Under the pieces are notes generated by a model. That model was not told the DNA's origin, did not search any database, and saw only the letters and a list, made by a program, of their open reading frames with translations. From a virus, in UHGV virus genome UHGV-0388215: 42,019 nt of DNA. One strand, given 5' to 3'. The position numbers and the translations under genes are program-made. This document shows positions 35,217 through 42,019 of the stretch, in pieces. How positions within the stretch are numbered: position 1 is the stretch's first letter; every line of letters starts with the position of its first letter.

Positions 35217-36005
35217 CTATGCGGCACGGCGAAGGCGGTACTTGCCCAGCATGTTCAGGTCGTTTTTCAGGGCCAGCCGGAAGGCTTCGATCACGTCGAC
35301 GTGGTACGCCTTCACGCTCCCGAAACGGCTGTCCTCGATTTCCCGGATTTCGTGATCCATACGGCGGGACATATCGGAAAGCTTGCGTCCTGCGACGGAG
35401 TACGCGGCTGGCGTATCTGCGAAGACGTCAAGGAACCACGGGATGCCCTTCACGGACTTGTAGTCCCTGCCCCGCCCAAGTTCGTTCTCAAGAGCCGCAG
35501 CCTTGCGTACGGCGGCAGAGGCGGTTGCCATCGCGGTGGCCTCGCGGCGTGAACCGATTTCGGCCTTGGTGCGGATAGCCTCGTCGCGCTCGGCTTCGAT
35601 GCGCCTGATGGTGTCCTGCGCGACCAGCACGGCGCGGGCAAGGATGGCTTCGGGGGTATCGTCCGGCTTGGCTATCAGGTAACCGCCCACCTTACGAATG
35701 GAGGGGATAACCTCATGCGTCACCCACCGCTTGAACGCCTTGGCTTCGGGCTTGCGGGAACGCAGGATGAGGGAATACAGGCCCGGTTCGGAAATAATTG
35801 TCATTTCCTGCTTTCCACCGGGGGTGTCTATACTATGGACGCCCTTTTCATCCTCATCCAGAAGTGCAAGGCTTGAACGAGGGTTGCCCATTTCAAGAAT
35901 ATCGCACACGTCTTTCGCCACGAACCATGGTTGCACCTTGCGCTCAACAACGCGAAGGGAACCGAACTTTTCATGCTCGAAAAGAGCCAAGGGGGAATTT
36001 TCCAT
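35217..36005 (-). CDS. Bro-N domain protein (KilA-C/antirepressor-like)
   Basis: Start at MENSPLALFEHEKFGSLRVV...QPWFVAKDVCDILEMGNP = Bro-N signature; fourth late-motif copy about 55 nt upstream. Confidence 0.6.
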   Translation of the reverse strand: MENSPLALFEHEKFGSLRVVERKVQPWFVAKDVCDILEMGNPRSSLALLDEDEKGVHSIDTPGGKQEMTIISEPGLYSLILRSRKPEAKAFKRWVTHEVIPSIRKVGGYLIAKPDDTPEAILARAVLVAQDTIRRIEAERDEAIRTKAEIGSRREATAMATASAAVRKAAALENELGRGRDYKSVKGIPWFLDVFADTPAAYSVAGRKLSDMSRRMDHEIREIEDSRFGSVKAYHVDVIEAFRLALKNDLNMLGKYRLRRAA

Positions 36006-36058
36006 CGCTGCACCTCCATAGTGTTTTGGAGATGATGCAGCATGGCGGCGTGGGGGCA

Positions 36059-36076
36059 CACCGTGAACAAGGTTCG
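36059..36076 (-). promoter_or_regulatory. late-operon motif CACCGTGAACAAGGTTCG (copy 4)
   Basis: Upstream of Bro-N gene 35217..36005. Confidence 0.6.
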
Positions 36077-36179
36077 TACAGGCAAAAGAAAAGCCCCTTT
36101 CGGGGCGGAGGGCGGCGGCGGTGGATTTTTGGAACGGCCTATGCCATGATAGCCTCATCTATAATAAGGGGGATGATGT

Positions 36180-36779
36180 ATGGCTACCTACATCAAGTTT
36201 CTGGCAGGGGACTACGGGAAAGAAGAATATATTTACATTAAGAATAAAAACAAGTTGCGTTGCTCTTCAAAAATGTTTGGAGCAAAGGAACTTTTTCTTT
36301 CCAGTATTGCCTCTTGCGAAGTAGCCAATGAAGAATCGGTCAAAAAGCTCGGCGGAACTTTGGGAGGCGCACTTGTCGGCGGCGTCTTGCTTGGAGGCAT
36401 CGGAGCGGTTGCGGGTGCGGTAGCTGGAGGCAAGACGACTGAGTCTACCGTCATTATTGAGTTCAAAAATGGAAATAAGGCATTGGCAAAGGTGAATAGC
36501 CCCATGATGGAGGTTATCCGCGCACACCTTTTTGATGACCAATTGGCCCAAGAGCGTGGAGAACCAAACCCGCTTATACATCATGAACGTTCTCAGACGC
36601 CCCCTAAAAAAATTGCCCTTATCATTGGAGTGCTGATAACAGTAGTGCTAGCCGTATTGTGGCTGAGTTGTGCCCTCCAAACGCCGCCCAATACGAATGG
36701 GGCCTTGTTATGGGGAATCCTCACTATCCTTTCCGGACTGTATTCTTGGAAAACATATAAGAAAATATATAAATCTTAA
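36180..36779 (+). CDS. membrane protein with glycine-zipper segment and two C-terminal TM helices
   Basis: 199 aa, low GC; GGTLGGALVGGVLLGGIGAVAGAVAGG GxxxG array; C-terminal TM helices IALIIGVLITVVLAVLWL and LLWGILTILSGLYSW. Confidence 0.5.
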   Translation: MATYIKFLAGDYGKEEYIYIKNKNKLRCSSKMFGAKELFLSSIASCEVANEESVKKLGGTLGGALVGGVLLGGIGAVAGAVAGGKTTESTVIIEFKNGNKALAKVNSPMMEVIRAHLFDDQLAQERGEPNPLIHHERSQTPPKKIALIIGVLITVVLAVLWLSCALQTPPNTNGALLWGILTILSGLYSWKTYKKIYKS

Positions 36780-36814
36780 TATATTAACTTGAATCCGAAC
36801 AGGGAGAGAGGACC

Positions 36815-37885
36815 ATGGATTTTTCGGAAAGAATTGCTGAATTGTCGAAAAAGGTAAAGAATCTGGGAGATAGCCTCAAGACCGAAGAGGCCACGAAAAA
36901 CGCCTTGGTGATGCCTTTCATCGCGGCCCTGGGATACGACGTTTTCAACCCTGCGGAAGTCGTGCCCGAATTTTCAGCCCCCATCGGCGAATATAAGGAC
37001 GCCCGCGTGGACTATGCGATTCTTGTGGACGGCAAGCCTATCCTTCTTCTGGAGTGCAAGGCTTTGGGCACGTCTCTCGACATGAAGCACTGCAACCAGC
37101 TACAGCTTTACTTCCACGGAACGGAAGCCCCCATTGCCATCCTGACGGACGGCAACCGTTACCGGTTCTATTCTGATCTTGAAACAGCCAACAAAATGGA
37201 CAGCAAGCCCTATATGGAGTTCGTCCTTGACGATATGGACGAAATGTTGCTCCCGGAACTGCGCAAGCTGGCAAAAGGCAAGTTTGATCGGGATGCCTGC
37301 ATGAGCGCGGCAAACGAACTCAAGTACAACCGAGAGTTCAAACGCCTCATGTCCGAACAAATGGAAAAGCCGCATGAAGATTTCGCACGCTTTTTCATCG
37401 GCCAGACGTATGATGGACGTATCACGCAAAATGTTCTGGATCGCTTCACTCCAATTCTTACCGCTGCGCTTGACCAGTTCATCAACGACCGCATCAACGA
37501 CCGATTGAAAAATGCCATGACGCAGCAGAAACCGGAAATTGTAGAGATAGAGTCCGAAGATACCCCACAAGGAAAAGAGCAGGATTCGCGTATAGTCACC
37601 ACCGAGGAAGAAAAAGAGGCGTATTACCTTGTCAAATCGCTTCTGATGGGCACCGTTGATCCGGGGCGCGTAGCCATGCGGGACAGTATCAGCTACTGCT
37701 CCATCCTTCTTGACGACAACAGGCTCAAGCCTCTGTGCCGCCTGTATTTCAACGGAAAACAGTGGAGGGTCGGACTGTTTGATGGGGAGAATAAGGACGC
37801 AAAGGAAGACATCGAAAAACTGGAAGATATTATCCCCTTTGCGGATCGAATCCGGGCTACGGCCTTGAAATACGATAACAAGTAA
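36815..37885 (+). CDS. HsdR-N (type I restriction R-subunit N-terminal, PD-(D/E)XK-like) domain protein with helical C-terminal domain
   Basis: EEATKNALVMPFIAALGYDV...GEYKDARVDYAIL.DGKPILLLECKALGTSLD...QLQLYFHGTEAPIAILTDGNRYRFY matches HSDR_N consensus (E..K..LV.PFL..LGY...GR.DYAL...P...IEAK...L...Q...Y..FAILTNG.....Y); low GC. Confidence 0.6.
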   Translation: MDFSERIAELSKKVKNLGDSLKTEEATKNALVMPFIAALGYDVFNPAEVVPEFSAPIGEYKDARVDYAILVDGKPILLLECKALGTSLDMKHCNQLQLYFHGTEAPIAILTDGNRYRFYSDLETANKMDSKPYMEFVLDDMDEMLLPELRKLAKGKFDRDACMSAANELKYNREFKRLMSEQMEKPHEDFARFFIGQTYDGRITQNVLDRFTPILTAALDQFINDRINDRLKNAMTQQKPEIVEIESEDTPQGKEQDSRIVTTEEEKEAYYLVKSLLMGTVDPGRVAMRDSISYCSILLDDNRLKPLCRLYFNGKQWRVGLFDGENKDAKEDIEKLEDIIPFADRIRATALKYDNK

Positions 37886-38236
37886 AACTTTCCAACGTGG
37901 CGTTGCCCGCCAATGATGAAGAACATCCAGATGCGGGCAATGCCACTGCTTTTCTCTTTACATTTTCCGAGTTTTGTGCTGTCTTTTGTGCACGGGCTTC
38001 AGAACCCCGTAGGCGGACAAACGCCACCCGATAGCATGGCGCTTTTTTATGCCCTTTTTCCAAAGTCAAGAGTTTTTCTTGGCTGTCTTTTGGGCTATTA
38101 TTGCATCCAATGTTTGCCGGGTGTGGCGGATATGTCCAAGCGAAAGCTAAAGGCCGCCAGCGGTTCCTACGCCGTTCTGAACACCCGGCGCTTTCTATTT
38201 CAGAGAGTGCAATTCAGACAACGTAGGAGTTGCATT

Positions 38237-39154
38237 ATGGAAATGGCCCTAATCTTCAACGAATTTATCTTCACGCCTGTCACTCACCAAAACAGTCTCT
38301 GGATTCGTTCTTCTGAATTGGCTAAAGCACTTGGCTATTCCGACGACCGCAAGGTTGGTGTGCTCTATGCCCGACATAAGGATGAATTCTCCAATAATAT
38401 GAGCGTGGTTCTCAATTTGAGTACCACGGATGTACCCGCTATGAATCGCATCTTTTCCCTTCGGGGCTGCCATTTGGTTGCGATGCTAGCGCGTACTCCT
38501 ATTGCCAAGGCGTTCCGCCGTTGGGTGCTGGATGTGATTGAACAGTACGGCGACAGGGTGCCCGTTGCCGAACCCGTGACGCTCAACGATGAGCTGATCA
38601 GCGCGTCGGAACGTGCCGAGCTCAAGCTCATCGTAGACGCCAAGCTCTCGACCTACCCGGCGGCGGTGCAGGGCAAGGCCCGCGCCGAGATATGGGCAAA
38701 GTTCAACCGCCACTTCCGCATTGCCGAATACAAGCAGCTCCCGGCCCGGCTTATGCCCGAGGCCCGCGAGTTCCTGCTTTCCGTCCGCGTCCGCGCCATC
38801 AACGCCATACCCACGGCGGAATCCGCGCTCCCGTACCCGTCGCTTACCACCTCCAGCGTCTACGCCGACCGCATGAAGGCCCTCGACCGCCTCGAAGAGG
38901 AATGGATCGAATTTGCGGGGGAAACCCGCTCTCGGCTGCACCAATTCGTCAACGAGCTCCTGCGCGTCAAGGAGAGCACTTATCCCGAATTGCTGAACCG
39001 GATATGTTCCCGGCAGAACATCTCGAAAGACCCGCTCCTCGGCATCCTGCAATCCAACTCGTACAACGCCCAGACGTGGATTGACGCGGGAATCTCGGAA
39101 ATGAGAGCGGCAATCCGTGCCGCGAAGACCGCGAACAGGTTGATGCTAGGATAG
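38237..39154 (+). CDS. Bro-N domain antirepressor-like protein
   Basis: Start at MEMALIFNEFIFTPV...LWIRSSELAKALGYSD (Bro-N/AntA pattern) with AGGAG RBS 7 nt upstream; upstream part of track ORF 37913.. judged non-coding. Confidence 0.55.
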   Translation: MEMALIFNEFIFTPVTHQNSLWIRSSELAKALGYSDDRKVGVLYARHKDEFSNNMSVVLNLSTTDVPAMNRIFSLRGCHLVAMLARTPIAKAFRRWVLDVIEQYGDRVPVAEPVTLNDELISASERAELKLIVDAKLSTYPAAVQGKARAEIWAKFNRHFRIAEYKQLPARLMPEAREFLLSVRVRAINAIPTAESALPYPSLTTSSVYADRMKALDRLEEEWIEFAGETRSRLHQFVNELLRVKESTYPELLNRICSRQNISKDPLLGILQSNSYNAQTWIDAGISEMRAAIRAAKTANRLMLG

Positions 39155-39555
39155 CCCTTGACCCCGAGCACGGGAATGGCTATTGAAAAAAGGAAGGGCG
39201 GCAAGTGGTGACACACCTGCCGCCCCGTGGGACACCCTCCCGAGATTGATCATCTCAAGTTTGCGCCCCGGTTGGAGTTCGCACCTCCTACCGGGGCAAC
39301 TGCGTTATTGGTTCAGCATGAACCGAATCACCACAGCCACAATGACGCCGCCAATCACTTGGACAGCGACGTCCCGGAGGAAGTGTCGCATGGAGTACCC
39401 TCCTTTCAGGAGAGTGCCCCACAGCGGTTTTCTATCCTTTCCCTATTCCCTTGTCAAAGAACGACTATCAGAACACCGAGGCGCATTTCTGCTTACTTTT
39501 TGCATGTAGAGGACAGAAGTTATCATTACTGAGCAGAGCCCAAAGATGTAAAGAA

Positions 39556-39592
39556 AGCCCCAACCGTTAAACAGGCGGTTGGGGCTTTCGCA
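39556..39592. terminator. rho-independent terminator downstream of capsid gene
   Basis: AGCCCCAACCG-TTAAACAG-GCGGTTGGGGCT perfect hairpin with flanking T/A runs. Confidence 0.6.
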
Positions 39593-39611
39593 TGGGGGGA
39601 AGGCAGCAGCT

Positions 39612-40625
39612 TTACATGCCTGTCATCTGCGCAAAGGCAAAGGGCATGAGCACGATACCGCCGTAGGTGGTGCCGACGAACTTCTGACGGAAGCTGGACA
39701 GGTCGGGCACGACGCGTCCGGCACGCATCTTTTCTCCGAAGGCCAGCGTGCCGGATCGCTGCCCGTTCACTTCGGGGGCGATGAGGAACATGGTTTCCCC
39801 GGCGGTCATGCTGTGCAGCTCGGGGACGGTCACGATGTCAATGCGGGTGAAGTACCGCTTCAACATATCCAGCACGGACACGTTGAAATCGGTAGCCGCG
39901 CCGAGGCGAACGGCCAGTTCGGGGGAGAGGCAGAGCTTGAGGGGCGTGTCCTTGTCAATAAGGCCGCTGGACTGCTCGGAAAGCTGCGCGAACAGGGCGA
40001 GGACGTCATTGTAGATCTGCACCGTGGTCTTGTCGGCCCATTTCGTGGAGCCGCCCGTGCCCGTGGCCCCTGCGGTGATCGCAGCAGGGAGGTTCGGATC
40101 GTTGAGGATACCGTAGATTTCCTTCCCGGCGACGCCGAGCAGGTAGAAACGGTTCTGGTCGATGTCGATGACGTTGGCCGCCGCACGCTGCTTGGAGGCA
40201 GCGAGGTTGACTTTCGCCGTGCTCGACATGTCCACTTCAAAGTCGCCGTAGGTGATGGACGTCTGGAAGACGTACTGCACGCGGGTCTGCCATTCGGAGT
40301 TCACGCCCGAAGTCGTGCCGTTGGCATAGTCGGAATACGGCTCGGTCTTTCCGGTCATTTCGTCCACGCGCCACTTCATGTACGGGGTCGTCCAGTCGCC
40401 CTTCTTCTCTTCACCGAAGATTTCACGGGCGCGCCGGGGCGCGGTCAGGATTTCGATGACCATCGGGTCGATATACGCCAGAAGCTCGGCGGGGACGGTC
40501 GTGTTCGGAGTAGTGATGAGCGCGGCGTCCTGCGCAATGCGGGCGCGGTTCTCCGGGGTTGCCCACATGCGGGCGCCCGGGAAGATAAAGCCGTAGCGCT
40601 TGGCCTGTTCAAAAGTCGGATTCAT
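39612..40625 (-). CDS. major capsid protein (probable)
   Basis: 337 aa; AGGAGG RBS; follows scaffold and small head protein; followed by strong terminator; family not assignable without search. Confidence 0.55.
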   Translation of the reverse strand: MNPTFEQAKRYGFIFPGARMWATPENRARIAQDAALITTPNTTVPAELLAYIDPMVIEILTAPRRAREIFGEEKKGDWTTPYMKWRVDEMTGKTEPYSDYANGTTSGVNSEWQTRVQYVFQTSITYGDFEVDMSSTAKVNLAASKQRAAANVIDIDQNRFYLLGVAGKEIYGILNDPNLPAAITAGATGTGGSTKWADKTTVQIYNDVLALFAQLSEQSSGLIDKDTPLKLCLSPELAVRLGAATDFNVSVLDMLKRYFTRIDIVTVPELHSMTAGETMFLIAPEVNGQRSGTLAFGEKMRAGRVVPDLSSFRQKFVGTTYGGIVLMPFAFAQMTGM

Positions 40626-40635
40626 GTAGTACCTC

Positions 40636-41274
40636 CTACGCTCCGGCGGCGGCTGCGCCGAGGTTGGTGCGGGCCTGTTCCGCAGTGGTTGCGCCAGTTC
40701 CGCCGTTGGCCACGCCGAGCGCTCCGGTGGCGTTGCTGAAATCTTTCTGCATCAGGTTCGAGGTGTCGCCGCCGGATCCCGACGCTGCGGCCTGTCCCCA
40801 ATTGCTGATGATGATCGGTTCCCCGATTTCGCCGGGCGTCTTGACGACCCACCCCGTATCGAGGTGCGTGGCGTCGGGGGTCCCGGTGCTGATTGAACCG
40901 TCAGCGGTGGAGGCAAGAACGGCCTGCCCCACCGTGGCCTTGGTCGTGGAAACGGCCCAATAGTCGCCCTTTACGGCCACGGTGAGGTTCGAGCCTGCCG
41001 GGACGGTCAAAGTGCCGTCAGAAAGCAGTTCGTAGTTCACGTAGTTGATGACGCGCTCCACGAAGCCGAGCACGGCTGTGGCGGTGCCAGCAACGTTGGT
41101 GGCCTGCGTGTTGTCGATCACGCCGGAATCCACGACGGGGAAGACGAAGCGCCCCACAGGGAGGGCCACCGCCGCCAGAGGGTTGAGCGGGGTGTAGATG
41201 CTCTGGTCGGGCGTCGCTTTATCGCCAGCGACGCCGGGAGCGACGGAGAGATTGACTTGGGACTGCAAAGGCAT
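40636..41274 (-). CDS. head protein (decoration-like?) with Gly/Ala/Thr-rich C-terminus
   Basis: Start at MPLQSQVNL with AGGAGG RBS; 213 aa; between scaffold and capsid genes; C-terminal GVANGGTGATTAEQARTNLG. Confidence 0.4.
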   Translation of the reverse strand: MPLQSQVNLSVAPGVAGDKATPDQSIYTPLNPLAAVALPVGRFVFPVVDSGVIDNTQATNVAGTATAVLGFVERVINYVNYELLSDGTLTVPAGSNLTVAVKGDYWAVSTTKATVGQAVLASTADGSISTGTPDATHLDTGWVVKTPGEIGEPIIISNWGQAAASGSGGDTSNLMQKDFSNATGALGVANGGTGATTAEQARTNLGAAAAGA

Positions 41275-41284
41275 GGTGTGCCTC

Positions 41285-42019
<735 letters not shown>

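Noticed and set aside
39304-39391. Small minus-strand ORF with strong AAGGAGG RBS, considered as hok/gef-like toxin peptide
   Set aside because: On careful re-reading the 34-aa product (MRHFLRDVAVPSDWRRHCG...) is not hydrophobic; likely non-coding spacer upstream of terminator

Overview
The window reads as one complete, circularly permuted temperate phage genome of about 42 kb (high GC, roughly 60%; host taxon not assignable from sequence alone), not a piece of chromosome. Each phage function occurs once. In operon order around the circle they are: small and large terminase, Mu-type portal (DUF935), Mu gpF-like head morphogenesis protein, a protease/scaffold gene that appears to span the window ends, a head protein, the major capsid, head-tail genes, sheath, tube, a frameshifted tail chaperone, tape measure, baseplate, tail fibre and Tfa chaperone. 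These are followed by a tRNA-derived attP core, a tyrosine integrase, an early-left operon (RecT, a Cas4-like exonuclease, Lar), a CI-like S24 repressor, Cro (YdaS-like), a CII/YdaT-like gene, an O-like replication initiator with internal iterons, RusA, a Mor-family late activator and a lysis cassette. The virion and late-control genes look Mu-like but no transposase is present; integration and immunity are lambdoid. A conserved motif CACCGTGAACAARGTTC sits upstream of four late operons, matching the four Mor-dependent late promoters of Mu. Low-GC accessory inserts (morons) include a secreted EndA-like endonuclease I, an acidic immediate-early protein behind a T-depleted purine-rich leader, a DUF4258 toxin-like gene, and an island between capsid and head-tail genes. 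That island carries a glycine-zipper membrane protein and an HsdR-N (PD-(D/E)XK) nuclease-like protein, flanked by Bro-N genes, and is a candidate new defence or abortive-infection pair. Many plus-strand ORFs in the track are antisense shadows of minus-strand genes. Coordinates of non-ORF features are approximate to within about 2 nt.
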